From NCBI GenBank assembly GCA_049570475.1, contig CP186953.1, forward strand, positions 480,001 to 544,000: a DNA stretch of 64,000 bases. Direction: 5' to 3'. Made by a program: the position numbers and the translations under genes. Below, one piece after another: positions 38,539-48,467 of this stretch. Every line of letters starts with the position of its first letter. Positions within the stretch are counted from its first letter, which is position 1. The DNA comes from Candidatus Methanosuratincola verstraetei (GTDB lineage: Archaea > Thermoproteota > Methanomethylicia > Methanomethylicales > Methanomethylicaceae). The notes beneath the pieces are model-generated. The model ran no database searches. It saw only the letters and a list, made by a program, of their open reading frames with translations, and was not told the DNA's origin.

Positions 38539-39288
38539 TCACAGCAGCACATTCAGAACGAAGAGCGCAAGGGCAGATCCAGTGGCAGCCAGTACGAATA
38601 GGAGATCATTGCGGCCCATCCTCAGGAGGTGAAGCGAAGTCCTCTTTTTGCTCGCCCCGAATGCACGAGACTCCATTGCGTCTGCCACCAGCTCAGCCCT
38701 TCGGAATGAGCTGATTATGAGCGGTATGAGGATAGGGATATAGTTCCTGATCCTCGAGACAAAATTCCCCTTCTCCATCTCGAGCCCCCTCGATCGCTGC
38801 GCATCCATTATGTACTGAGCCTCCCTGCTGAGGGTTGGCACGAACCGCATGGCCATATTGAACGTCAGGGCATAGTCGTATGGGATTTTCAGCTGGACCA
38901 TGGATTGGGTCAGGTCTTCAGGCGAAGTCGTCAGGAAGAATATCGAGAAGACGGAGATGAGGTTAAGGAAACGGAGGGACATGGCGATTGCCGAGACTGC
39001 GGCATCGAGGAGGTTGCCCGAGTAGTAGGCGGTTGGGACAAAGTTGAAGATGAATATGAATGCGATGAAGAATAGCGACCCCCTGAGGGACTGCTTCCAT
39101 CTGGTCGATATCTTGCCAACATATACCATTGGCAAGAAGGAGAGGAATATGATGAAGAGTGCCAGGGGCTTTGTGAAATACACAGTGAGCGAGGCAAAGA
39201 GTATCAGGTAGACGAGCTTGGATCGGGGATCAATCCTGTGGAGGATTGTCGATCCCCTCCTGTACTCGAATGCCTTGAAGACTTTCAT
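38539..39288 (-). CDS. ecfT: ECF transporter T component
   Basis: DPRSK, AQRSRG and AMESRAF motifs. Confidence 0.93.
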   Translation of the reverse strand: MKVFKAFEYRRGSTILHRIDPRSKLVYLILFASLTVYFTKPLALFIIFLSFLPMVYVGKISTRWKQSLRGSLFFIAFIFIFNFVPTAYYSGNLLDAAVSAIAMSLRFLNLISVFSIFFLTTSPEDLTQSMVQLKIPYDYALTFNMAMRFVPTLSREAQYIMDAQRSRGLEMEKGNFVSRIRNYIPILIPLIISSFRRAELVADAMESRAFGASKKRTSLHLLRMGRNDLLFVLAATGSALALFVLNVLL

Positions 39289-40100
39289 TTTTGCCCGCCT
39301 CGCAGCATCTGCTTGATCTCTTCGATGATTATCTCGGCTTTTATCGAGGGTGATTCCAGCCCCAACTTCCAAGAGAGCTCTGCGAGCTGCGGCGGCAGTA
39401 TCGAGGATGCCTCCATGACGTCTTTCCTGACCAGGATCTCCTCGGTCGGGCCATCTGCGATGATCTTCCCCCTAGACATCACCACCACCCTCGGTATGAA
39501 GTCCGCGACGAATTCGATATCATGCGTCACCACCACCACAGTCTTCCCCTGTCGGTTCAGCTTGGTGAGTGTGGTGGCTAGCCTTGTCTTCTGGAGGCTG
39601 TCCTGCCCCGTTGTTGGCTCATCCAGGACGATTATCTGGGGATCATAGCACAGTACTGATGCCAGCGAAACGCGCTTCTTCTCCCCGCCGCTGAGTGTGA
39701 ACGGGGATCGGTCGCGGTAATTAGAGAGCCTGAATTCAATCAAAGCCCACTCCACCCTCTTGGCAATCTCCTCGGGTGGCAGACCAAAATTGGTCAGCGC
39801 GAAGGAGAGCTCCTTTTCCACCGTCTCTGCGAATAGCATGTGGTCGGGGTTCTGGAATACGAGTCCGACCTTCTTTGCTAGCGTCGCAACGGTGGTCTCC
39901 TTTGTGTCAATCCCCTCCACCATGACTCGCCCGCGCTGGGGCTTGAGGAGGCCGTTCAGGTGCTTCACGAGCGTCGTCTTGCCAGCACCGTTCTCTCCCA
40001 CTATAGCCAGCAGCTCGGAATTCTTGACCTCCAAGTCAATTCCATCTAGCGCATTGATGCCGTCCCCATAGGAGTACGTGACGCCCTCTATGCTGATCAA
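39285..40100 (-). CDS. ECF transporter ATPase (EcfA2)
   Basis: GENGAGKT, FQNPD, LSGGE, LDEPT. Confidence 0.92.
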   Translation of the reverse strand: MISIEGVTYSYGDGINALDGIDLEVKNSELLAIVGENGAGKTTLVKHLNGLLKPQRGRVMVEGIDTKETTVATLAKKVGLVFQNPDHMLFAETVEKELSFALTNFGLPPEEIAKRVEWALIEFRLSNYRDRSPFTLSGGEKKRVSLASVLCYDPQIIVLDEPTTGQDSLQKTRLATTLTKLNRQGKTVVVVTHDIEFVADFIPRVVVMSRGKIIADGPTEEILVRKDVMEASSILPPQLAELSWKLGLESPSIKAEIIIEEIKQMLRGGQK

Positions 40101-40942
40101 GGCACTTTCCCCCTCACGTAGGACGCGAGCTCATCGGAGGTTAGAAACCTTAGCGGTTCTCCAATAATGCCTGAAAGGCGCTTGGAAACCTGGACCACCT
40201 TCGGGAGGCCAACCCCAAGCTCGGAGACCATGTCTGAGTAGAGCACCTCCCTGGGTGACCCGTCGGCAACGATGCGCCCGCCTTCGAAGACCACGCACCT
40301 GTCGACCAAGTGGCTGACCATCTCCAGCCTGTGCTCGACGAGTATAACCGTGACCCCGTTTTTTTGGTTCAGCCTGTGCATCAGCTCCAGAACCGATTTC
40401 GCACTCAAAGGATCAAGATTGGCGGTAGGCTCATCAAGGACAAGCACCTTCGGTTTCATGGCTAGGAGCGCTGCGATTGCAACCTTCTGTTGCTCTCCGC
40501 CCGAGAGCTCCTCAGGAGACTTCTCTTTCAAGTGCGATATGCCGACAATCTCGAGGGCCTCTTCTACGCGCATCGCGATCTCTTCTATTGGGAGCGCCAA
40601 GTTCTCAGGGCCGAATGCAACCTCTCGCTCTACAGTGGTGCAAAAAAGCTCGTTCTCGGGGTTCTGGAAGACCAGCCCGACCCGCTGGGCCAGCTCATAG
40701 ACCGGTGTCGAGGAGGTGCTCAACCCGTCGACCACAACCTTCCCTTTGAAGTCGCCCCCATACGAGTTAGGTATAAGACCGTTCAGCGCCCTGCAGAATG
40801 TTGTCTTGCCGCATCCGCTGGGACCGGTGATGAGAACGAATTCGCCTGGCTCTGCTTTGAAGTTGACGTCGATCAGGCTCGGAGTGCCTGAGTCGGGGTA
40901 AGTGTAGCAGAGCCCTTCAACTTCAATGATCGCCAAAACCAT
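40097..40942 (-). CDS. ECF transporter ATPase (EcfA1)
   Basis: GPSGCGKT, FQNPE, LSGGEQQ, LDEPTANLD. Confidence 0.92.
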   Translation of the reverse strand: MVLAIIEVEGLCYTYPDSGTPSLIDVNFKAEPGEFVLITGPSGCGKTTFCRALNGLIPNSYGGDFKGKVVVDGLSTSSTPVYELAQRVGLVFQNPENELFCTTVEREVAFGPENLALPIEEIAMRVEEALEIVGISHLKEKSPEELSGGEQQKVAIAALLAMKPKVLVLDEPTANLDPLSAKSVLELMHRLNQKNGVTVILVEHRLEMVSHLVDRCVVFEGGRIVADGSPREVLYSDMVSELGVGLPKVVQVSKRLSGIIGEPLRFLTSDELASYVRGKVP

Positions 40943-40991
40943 CACCGGGAGCACTAAACAGAGAATTTGGATTTCTAATAAATGTAGCTAC

Positions 40992-41993
40992 TCAATCACG
41001 GGTTGAGATCTCCTTCATCTCCCCGGGTTTCAGACCTAGTTTCTCAGATATCAGGGCCAACGCCGCAGCGACTGCCTCTTCAGGGGGGGCGGAGACTTTT
41101 GCGCTTGCCGCGGACGGATGCCCTCCACCGGTCCCGGAAAAGCGCTCGGCCATGGGGTGCATTACGCAGCTAGCGAGGTTCAGCGAGGTTGATCGCTGGA
41201 ACCGCTCATTGAGGCGCCCTGTTATGCGGGATGTGCTGTCCTCGCTGCTCACCACGAGCGCCAGGTCTGCACCCAGATCGGTCAGGGACCGCGCAACAGA
41301 GGCCTCGAATGCCCCTATTGTCGAAGTTGCAAAGATCCAGTCCCTCGCGCGGTAGAGCCGGACTCTCGCGACTCCCTTGAGGCGCGCTATCCTTTCTGAG
41401 ATGTCCTGCTCATTGAGCAGCATCTCGAGGGCAAGGGCAAAGTCCGCACCCCTCCGCATCATCTTCGATGCAGCCTTGATTGATGCATTCGGCTGGACGA
41501 GGAAGCGGCGGGAGTCGTATACGAGACCGGTCAGCAGCGCCTGGACCGCACGTCTGTCCAGGTACTTTTTTGGGATGGAACGGTAGACGATCTCGCATGT
41601 TGAAGAGGTCCGCATCAGCCTCGAGTAGACCGCGCCATCGAGGCAGCCCGACTCCTCGGTGTGGTGGTCGATTATTGCATAAGGGATCTTCCTACTAGCC
41701 ACCAGCCCCTTGACCTCTGGAAGTTGGTCCAGCGAGGGCATATCGACCAGCACCAGGAGCCCGCATGCATCGCCCAAAGAGGTTTCGAATTCGAGGTTTA
41801 GATACTCAATTAGTTTGGATGAAGCGGCGTTCACCCCATCCGGGGTTAGGATCGACACTGATACAGATGGGCTCCGGGCTTTTAGGGCTGACTTTATCGC
41901 ATATGCTGAACCTATGCAGTCCGGATCTGCATTCGGGTGGCAGACCAGGACGACCTTTCCGTATGAGGACAGGAACTCGAGAAGATCAGGCAA
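40992..41993 (-). CDS. DHH/DHHA1 phosphoesterase (NrnA-like)
   Basis: HPNADPD, IDHH, GGGHPSAA. Confidence 0.88.
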   Translation of the reverse strand: MPDLLEFLSSYGKVVLVCHPNADPDCIGSAYAIKSALKARSPSVSVSILTPDGVNAASSKLIEYLNLEFETSLGDACGLLVLVDMPSLDQLPEVKGLVASRKIPYAIIDHHTEESGCLDGAVYSRLMRTSSTCEIVYRSIPKKYLDRRAVQALLTGLVYDSRRFLVQPNASIKAASKMMRRGADFALALEMLLNEQDISERIARLKGVARVRLYRARDWIFATSTIGAFEASVARSLTDLGADLALVVSSEDSTSRITGRLNERFQRSTSLNLASCVMHPMAERFSGTGGGHPSAASAKVSAPPEEAVAAALALISEKLGLKPGEMKEISTRD

Positions 41994-42267
41994 CTCGCTT
42001 CGCCCGCACCTTTTCGTCGATCACTTCTAAAGCATGGTCGGCAGCCGCTTCGGCAAGCCGCTCCAAGTCCATGTCGACAATAGGATCAACTTGGATTTCG
42101 ACATCGGCATTGAAGTCCAGACCTGCAGGGGATTGCTCCGACGTGACCCTGACGTTGAGCGAGCGTATGAGGTGCCGGTCCAAGGCCGAGAGCACATACT
42201 CCCGCGCTGCGTTCTCCCCAGCCAGGCAAATCTCCTCAATCTCTTTCCTTGAAAGGAACGGCGGCAA
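41986..42267 (-). CDS. DUF3194-like protein
   Basis: GENAAREYV pattern; position after prefoldin beta. Confidence 0.7.
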   Translation of the reverse strand: MPPFLSRKEIEEICLAGENAAREYVLSALDRHLIRSLNVRVTSEQSPAGLDFNADVEIQVDPIVDMDLERLAEAAADHALEVIDEKVRAKRVA

Positions 42268-42277
42268 ACCCGTAACA

Positions 42278-42640
42278 CTATCCAGAGACGGGTGTCCTTC
42301 CGGAGACTTGCTCCATTATCGACTTGCGGAGTTCTTCCAGCTGCTGCTTTAGCCTGAGCTCCTGCTTCTCAACGGTCTTTATTCTGAGGTCAAGCTCCTC
42401 TTTCTTCTCGGTCAGCTCCGCAACGACCTTCTGCTTATCGGTCCTGAAGAGGAGGACTCCTACGGACTTGTAGACCACAGCGTCATCAGCTAGGGATTTG
42501 CTCTCATTGAGTGCTTTTTCAAGCTCCCTGCTCTCATACTCGAACTGCTGCTTCCTAAGCACAATTGCCTTCAGCTGTTCCTGCATTTCCTGGAACCTGA
42601 TCAACTGGTTCTGTACCTGTGGCGGTATCTTTTCGGCCAT
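42278..42640 (-). CDS. pfdB: Prefoldin beta subunit
   Basis: IPPQVQ, VYKSVG, coiled coil. Confidence 0.95.
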   Translation of the reverse strand: MAEKIPPQVQNQLIRFQEMQEQLKAIVLRKQQFEYESRELEKALNESKSLADDAVVYKSVGVLLFRTDKQKVVAELTEKKEELDLRIKTVEKQELRLKQQLEELRKSIMEQVSGRTPVSG

Positions 42641-42642
42641 TG

Positions 42643-42888
42643 TCAATCACCTAATTCCATAACCTCAAGAGATGTAGACAGCCAGCGTATATAAGAATTG
42701 AGTAGGGCGCGCAGTGCCGCAACCGACGAGGCTTCGATCTTCAACAGAATGGCTCCGCCTTCCTTCGAAATCGAGACCTTGGCTATCCCAGGTTTTGTGT
42801 GTTTAACCTCTGGGATTATTGAGGCAAAAAGGGCGGATGCCCTGCTCTCTTCCTCAAAATCTATCTTCAACAAAGATGAAGCGCTCAT
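42643..42888 (-). CDS. pcc1: KEOPS subunit Pcc1
   Basis: ALRALLNSYIRW motif and synteny. Confidence 0.88.
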   Translation of the reverse strand: MSASSLLKIDFEEESRASALFASIIPEVKHTKPGIAKVSISKEGGAILLKIEASSVAALRALLNSYIRWLSTSLEVMELGD

Positions 42889-43415
42889 AAACCGCACCTG
42901 AATGATCTCAAGTAGATGGAGGGGCCGCACGGGAGCTTTGAGACGCTGTCAATAAAAAAGATCTCTGGCGCCCCATGGGAAAATTCGAGGCGCAACTCGG
43001 TCGCCTTCGCCCCGGAGTTGGGGGAGGCGTGTTCGCCCAGCATCTGCTTCAGGCACTCGTAAAGCGGGATCAGATCCTCCCTCTCTGGAGCGGGGAGGAC
43101 CAACGGCCTGTGTCTTGTGCTCGTCGGCGACCTGACTGCGAGCTCCCTGATAAGCTGCACGCGCTTTATGAGCAAAGACGCGACCGGTCTTGGATCCCCT
43201 GTTTTATAGCATTCAATGAGGCTCGGCCCTCCGAATCTGCTATGCACTAACCACAGCTTCGAAGAGTTTTTGCTCCGGGCATATTCAAAAAGGTAGGGCA
43301 GGCTTGTTTTGCCCCGAGTAAATGTAGAAAAGGCCGCGCAGCATGCGGCCAAGTCGTTGCAGAGGGTCCTTGTCCTCTGGCTGGGCCTGAGCGAAGTTGT
43401 CAGCAGTATGGTCAT
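42885..43415 (-). CDS. Brix/Imp4 domain ribosome biogenesis protein
   Basis: LLTTSLRPSQRTRTLCNDL, RGKTS. Confidence 0.85.
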   Translation of the reverse strand: MTILLTTSLRPSQRTRTLCNDLAACCAAFSTFTRGKTSLPYLFEYARSKNSSKLWLVHSRFGGPSLIECYKTGDPRPVASLLIKRVQLIRELAVRSPTSTRHRPLVLPAPEREDLIPLYECLKQMLGEHASPNSGAKATELRLEFSHGAPEIFFIDSVSKLPCGPSIYLRSFRCGL

Positions 43416-43437
43416 AAAAGACCGACATCTACTGACT

Positions 43438-43701
43438 TTACTTCAGCTTGAGCTCGTCGGGCGTCAGTGTCTTGCCAAGCGTGGTCTGGGGCACAAATGC
43501 GCCGCCGGCAAAGCGAACGCCGCACGCCCTGCAGTCCCAAATCCCCGCTGCCACACGAACAAGCTTATCGACCGACTTGCACTTTGGGCACCGGAGACCC
43601 TTCTCGGATTTTTGCTCAATGGCAAGCAGGCGCTTCCTCAGCGTTGCGCCGTACCTCGGGCCGAACCTTCCTGCAGACTTGACGGATTTTGTCTTTGCCA
43701 T
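43438..43701 (-). CDS. rpl37ae: 50S ribosomal protein L37Ae
   Basis: GRFGPRYGATLR, CPKC, GIWDCRAC. Confidence 0.96.
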   Translation of the reverse strand: MAKTKSVKSAGRFGPRYGATLRKRLLAIEQKSEKGLRCPKCKSVDKLVRVAAGIWDCRACGVRFAGGAFVPQTTLGKTLTPDELKLK

Positions 43702-44531
43702 TAGTACTCACCAACCTTGTCGCAGTTGAGCTTAAGAGACTCAACCACCTTCTTGCGGATTTCCTGGCTTTTATCTTTAGCTATTTCAACTGCGCGGAGA
43801 ACCTCTTCTGGGGTGAGGTACCCAGACTCACCTTTCTGCATCGCACAGAGCATCCCGTTCTGCTTGAAGGCTACGCTTAACCTGCAGTCAAGGACCTCTT
43901 CCTCCTCGAAGGAAGGATCCACGAAAAGCTTGTTGCCTATTTTTGCCAGTGTGATGTTTATCGGAATGTCGGTCAACGGCATAGGCAGGCGCTTTCCTGT
44001 GAGCTTGACTGTATCGCCCTCTATGCATGCCTCAGGCATCGATGCAGTTAGCATCGCTGAGAGGGCGGCCAACGCAGCAGCATCAATGAGGTTGCCGCAG
44101 TGGTCAAGTATGTAGACGTCCACATGGACTATCCAGACCTTCTTCCCTGGGATCAGGCAAAGCTTTGTTGTGTCCAAGACCTTGGATTCCCTGAGACCCC
44201 GGTCAACGACCCTCGCAAGCTCAACCGCCACCTCGTCCGGCTTGCCAGGCTCGAACTCTGGGGAGGCAAACGGCACGAACTCGGCGCCTACTTGCATCAC
44301 GCCCTCGTTAGGGATGTCCGGGAATGGATCGCCCACTTCGAACTTGATGCCTGCAATCACTTTGGTGCCGCCTATTGAGACCAGGGCTGATCCTTCCGCT
44401 TTCTCTACAAGCCCTGTCTGGATCGTTACCTCCCTGTAGTCGGTCAGCGTCCTGCCGTCCATCCTCCTGCCGCTCTCCGAGAGCTCGATTATCTGTCTTC
44501 TCTTAACCGTCGGGACTATCCTCTGGCTCAT
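43701..44531 (-). CDS. rrp42: Exosome subunit Rrp42
   Basis: RMDGR, AEGSALV, ELARVVDRGLRES. Confidence 0.96.
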   Translation of the reverse strand: MSQRIVPTVKRRQIIELSESGRRMDGRTLTDYREVTIQTGLVEKAEGSALVSIGGTKVIAGIKFEVGDPFPDIPNEGVMQVGAEFVPFASPEFEPGKPDEVAVELARVVDRGLRESKVLDTTKLCLIPGKKVWIVHVDVYILDHCGNLIDAAALAALSAMLTASMPEACIEGDTVKLTGKRLPMPLTDIPINITLAKIGNKLFVDPSFEEEEVLDCRLSVAFKQNGMLCAMQKGESGYLTPEEVLRAVEIAKDKSQEIRKKVVESLKLNCDKVGEY

Positions 44532-44534
44532 CGC

Positions 44535-45278
44535 TCATGCCTCCTCCTCATTAGAAACTGCGCCCTTGAAGTGACTCTCAATCGCTTCCTTCTGCTTTTT
44601 GTAGACCTCAATGCAGCCCTTCTTCAGCAGCTCAATCGACTGCAGGAACTCGTCATGTGTGATCTGCCCATCCATCTGCAGCAAGGTCACGGCATTCTTT
44701 GACGGCATATATGCCATCGGCATGTCGGACTCTCCGGCCTTGTCCTCCTTGTCCTGGACGTCCAAGACTAGCTTCCCCTCCACCTTTCCGACTGCTATGC
44801 TCGCAACAAGGTCCCGCATCGGTATGCCAGCATCAACAAGCGCCAGCGAGGCAGCCGAGATTGAAGCACACCTGGTGCTGCCATCGGCCTGTAGGACCTC
44901 TATGAATATGTCAATGCTTGTCCTAGGGAAGAACTCGACAAAGATCGCGGGCTCAAGCGCCTCGCGAATGACTTTGGATAGCTCCACCTCCCTCCTTGAT
45001 GGCGCCGGGGACTTCCACTCTTCAACTGAGAAAGAGGCCATCCGGTAGTAAGCCTCGACCCTTGCCTTGTCTGAAAGGGCGAGGTGCTTAGGATGGGACT
45101 CCCTCGGACCCATTACACCAACAAGAATCTTGGTTCTCCCCCACTCAACATAGGCTGAACCGTCAGTGTTCTTCAGGACGCCCAGCTGGAACTTTATAGG
45201 TCGAATCTCGTCCAGCCGTCTTCCGTCGCACCTTATTCCATCCTCAGATATTAATCTCTCAATCTTTGACTCGCTCAT
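44535..45278 (-). CDS. rrp41: Exosome subunit Rrp41
   Basis: DGSAYVEWG, SRREVELSKVI, QADGSTR. Confidence 0.96.
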   Translation of the reverse strand: MSESKIERLISEDGIRCDGRRLDEIRPIKFQLGVLKNTDGSAYVEWGRTKILVGVMGPRESHPKHLALSDKARVEAYYRMASFSVEEWKSPAPSRREVELSKVIREALEPAIFVEFFPRTSIDIFIEVLQADGSTRCASISAASLALVDAGIPMRDLVASIAVGKVEGKLVLDVQDKEDKAGESDMPMAYMPSKNAVTLLQMDGQITHDEFLQSIELLKKGCIEVYKKQKEAIESHFKGAVSNEEEA

Positions 45279-45282
45279 AATT

Positions 45283-45969
45283 TCACCTTCTCTTGTTGAC
45301 CAAAAATTCCCTTACCCTGTCTGTGAGACCGGTGGTGTGAGCCTCGGCCTCTATCTTGCGGATCGCCTCAGCAATTATGGCTTCCTCGTCCCGGGATTTT
45401 CCGGATATCCATACCCTTCCGTTCTGACCTACGAGGATTTGTGCACCAGTCTCTTTCTTCAGCATTGTTATCATTGATCCTTTCTTCCCGATTATCCGCG
45501 GGACCCTTGTGAAGTCCACATCTATTACTGTGCCCCGGTGTATCTTGCCGAGACCGTGATCCCTCGCAGTCAAGGATGGGTTCCTCGTCCTGTCAAAGGC
45601 CATGACTGTGGCGATCACCATCTCACCAATGTCCAAATACTTCCTGGCCTCTTCCTTGAGAGGGTTCAGCGGCTTGGACAGGAACTCTGAGGCGAAGAGA
45701 ACCCCTTGGTACGGGGACCTTATGTCGAGCATCCATGCAGTGGATATGCACTCGACAACCTTGCCGATCACCACGTCTCCCGGCTGAGGGATATAGCAAC
45801 CCCTCAGAGGGATTACCGAGATCACATTGTTCCTGATGTCGGCGAGCCCGACCATCGAGGAATAGTATTTTCCGCCCTCACGATACACATTGAATCCGGA
45901 CTGGTAATTCCCTTCGGCAAGAAGTGTGCCAGGGGAAACCAGCTGTCTTGGTTCAAAGAAAGTCGTCAT
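45283..45969 (-). CDS. rrp4: Exosome RNA-binding subunit Rrp4
   Basis: YIPQPGDVVIG (S1), VPRIIGKKGSM (KH), VGQNGRVW. Confidence 0.95.
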   Translation of the reverse strand: MTTFFEPRQLVSPGTLLAEGNYQSGFNVYREGGKYYSSMVGLADIRNNVISVIPLRGCYIPQPGDVVIGKVVECISTAWMLDIRSPYQGVLFASEFLSKPLNPLKEEARKYLDIGEMVIATVMAFDRTRNPSLTARDHGLGKIHRGTVIDVDFTRVPRIIGKKGSMITMLKKETGAQILVGQNGRVWISGKSRDEEAIIAEAIRKIEAEAHTTGLTDRVREFLVNKRR

Positions 45970-45978
45970 TCAAACACC

Positions 45979-46677
45979 TCATAGCTTTTTGATATCAATT
46001 TCACAATTACCCCTTGTCAGCTCGTTTATGCGGTCCACAAAGCTCTGCTGTATGCCAGCAGGCAGAACCATTTCTCCCCTCCAAGATCCATCCGAGAGCC
46101 ACTCCGACCGCGTCACGTTGCCCATCTTTGAGATGACGCTGTAGACCCGCCTCGCATGGGCTGAGGGGATGCCTATCTTCGCTACCACTTGAGAGATCTT
46201 CAGGGGAAGCTCAGTCCTCAGGGACTTTATTACATCCTGAGCCTGTTCCTCGACCGATCTGAAAGGGTCTATGCTCACCCTCACGTTTTCCATCGCGTTC
46301 TCTATCCGCTGAGGGGGGTGAGGCAACCCAGTCTTCGGGTCAATGCAATTGCGCGATATGAAGTTGACTATCTGCTTCCGCTTGTTCTCGATCATCTCGC
46401 GGCGCTGTTCAGTCGTGAGCTGGAGCTCGCCCTTCTTGATAATCGAGGCGGCAACAGCCTTCGGATCCTCGGTGCCGAAGTTCTTCTTCAGGGACTCCTC
46501 AGATGCCTTCAGACCCTTGCTGGCATCCTTGTAGATGATCTCGCTCACGAGGAGCTCCTTGAAGTCGACTTCCTTGCCATTCTTGAGCGCCCAGGCGAGA
46601 TCTGGGTCTACCATCACCTCAAAGTGCTCTCCTCTAATCACTAGCCTGGCAATGACCGACTTCTCTTCTTTCGGCAT
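45979..46677 (-). CDS. Ribosome maturation factor SBDS/Sdo1
   Basis: [27 protein letters not shown]. Confidence 0.95.
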   Translation of the reverse strand: MPKEEKSVIARLVIRGEHFEVMVDPDLAWALKNGKEVDFKELLVSEIIYKDASKGLKASEESLKKNFGTEDPKAVAASIIKKGELQLTTEQRREMIENKRKQIVNFISRNCIDPKTGLPHPPQRIENAMENVRVSIDPFRSVEEQAQDVIKSLRTELPLKISQVVAKIGIPSAHARRVYSVISKMGNVTRSEWLSDGSWRGEMVLPAGIQQSFVDRINELTRGNCEIDIKKL

Positions 46678-46681
46678 GAGC

Positions 46682-47404
46682 CTACGCCTTTAGCTTTTCT
46701 ATGTATTCCATAAGCTTTTGGGGCGGGAGGTTCTCGAATTTCCCAGTCTCTGTCCGGAGTATTGCCATCTCAACCTTGGTGGAGTCGAGGCTCCCCTCTA
46801 TAACTGAGGCGAGTGCCTTCAGCGCCAGCATTATGGCATCATCTACCTTGAGGTCCTGCTGGTAGTTCTTTTCGAAGAACTCGGTTACCGTCTGGCTTCC
46901 GGCGCCTATCGAAACGGCATAGTATCCCGCGTATGCACCGCTAGGCTCAGTCATGAAGAGCTTCGGCCCAAACCTGTCTACGCCTGCAATGAGCAGGGCC
47001 ACCCCGAATGGCCTGACGCCCGCGTGTTGCGTGTAGATCTGCTTCACTTCACTCACTTTCTTGGTCAGGACCTCGACATCGATCGTCTCATCATAAAGCA
47101 TCCTGTTTATTTGGGCCTCCTGCCTCGCCCGCTCAATCAGGATCCTTGCGTCAGAGGAGAGCCCTGCAAAAGTTGCGCCCACGTGCTCGTCGATCTTGAG
47201 GATTTTTTCCATTGATGCTGGATCGATTAGGGGGCTAATCCTCTTCTTCTCCACCGCGAGGACTACGCCGTTCGTGCACCTGATCCCGATAGCAGTCCAA
47301 CCGCGCCTAACTGCCTCGAGGGCATATTCAACTTGGAAGAGGCGACCATCAGGCGAGAATATCGTGATCGCACGATCATAACCCATTCCTGGAGGGCTAA
47401 ACAT
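46682..47404 (-). CDS. psmA: Proteasome alpha subunit
   Basis: [20 protein letters not shown]. Confidence 0.97.
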   Translation of the reverse strand: MFSPPGMGYDRAITIFSPDGRLFQVEYALEAVRRGWTAIGIRCTNGVVLAVEKKRISPLIDPASMEKILKIDEHVGATFAGLSSDARILIERARQEAQINRMLYDETIDVEVLTKKVSEVKQIYTQHAGVRPFGVALLIAGVDRFGPKLFMTEPSGAYAGYYAVSIGAGSQTVTEFFEKNYQQDLKVDDAIMLALKALASVIEGSLDSTKVEMAILRTETGKFENLPPQKLMEYIEKLKA

Positions 47405-47499
47405 TTCATTTCACCACATGTAACAGCGACATATTACGCTAATGATATTTTACTTTCAGCATAAAAGACTATGCACATTTTATATTCTTTTCGCACAGA

Positions 47500-48417
47500 C
47501 TACTCAGTAGCCAGTGCCATCAGCAGATCTCTCTCGGTGAGTATGCCGATAATGCTGCCGCCGTCCTCAACAAGCACTGCCCCGACCCCGCTGGTCCTTA
47601 TCAGCGGTGCGACATCCCCTAGCTTGTCCTGCGGATGCACCCTCAGGGCGCCCTCACTCATTATCTCCTTCGCGGGAACCGAGATCACCTGATCCATCTC
47701 GTCCAATATGATCTTCCTGAACGCCTTCCCTTCGCCAAAGTATCTGACTATATCCATCGTAGTGACGATCCCCCTGACGTCAGCCCCCTCCACGAGTGGG
47801 ATCCTCCTGAACCCGTTAGAGACCATGAGCCGGGCAATTGATTTTATCGTTACGTTCGGTGACGCCATCACTGGGTTTCTGGACATGTAATCCTCAACCA
47901 CCCCGGTCATCGATCTACCCGAGAGGTACCTCACCACATCATACTCGGTTATTATCCCCTTCAGTATGCCGCCGTCCACAACAGGGACCGAACCGACATT
48001 CTCACGGATCATCTTCCCGAGCACATCAGAGAAGGTCTCCTTGACATCGGCGCAGATGACCTCTCTTGTCATTATCGACTCCACCGGGGCGTAAAGCGCG
48101 GAGAAGAATCGCCCTCCATACCTGAGCTTGACAAGGTTGTAGTACTCTCCGCCACCGAAGAAATTTACCATGTCCGTGGCAGTGACGATCCCTGTGAGCT
48201 CCCCCTTGCTTGTGGTTATCGGGATCCTCCTTATCCCATTGGAGAGCATCATGTCTATTGCCTTAATTATTGGGGTGCTGGCGGTTGCGGAGATCACGGG
48301 CTTCTGAACCAGATATTCCAGCTCTTTTGGCTTGCTGTAGACGGTGTTAGAGAAATTCGGGGTTCCATCGCTCCTCAAAAATCCCCTCACTACCCTTCGG
48401 CTCATAACAAATTCCAC
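47500..48417 (-). CDS. CBS-domain protein (four CBS repeats)
   Basis: Repeated RRIP...GIVT.xD and GILTERD units. Confidence 0.9.
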   Translation of the reverse strand: MEFVMSRRVVRGFLRSDGTPNFSNTVYSKPKELEYLVQKPVISATASTPIIKAIDMMLSNGIRRIPITTSKGELTGIVTATDMVNFFGGGEYYNLVKLRYGGRFFSALYAPVESIMTREVICADVKETFSDVLGKMIRENVGSVPVVDGGILKGIITEYDVVRYLSGRSMTGVVEDYMSRNPVMASPNVTIKSIARLMVSNGFRRIPLVEGADVRGIVTTMDIVRYFGEGKAFRKIILDEMDQVISVPAKEIMSEGALRVHPQDKLGDVAPLIRTSGVGAVLVEDGGSIIGILTERDLLMALATE

Positions 48418-48467
48418 ATGATCATACTATGCGAGGCATCTAAAAAAGTGTTTGATGGAGGAGGCGG

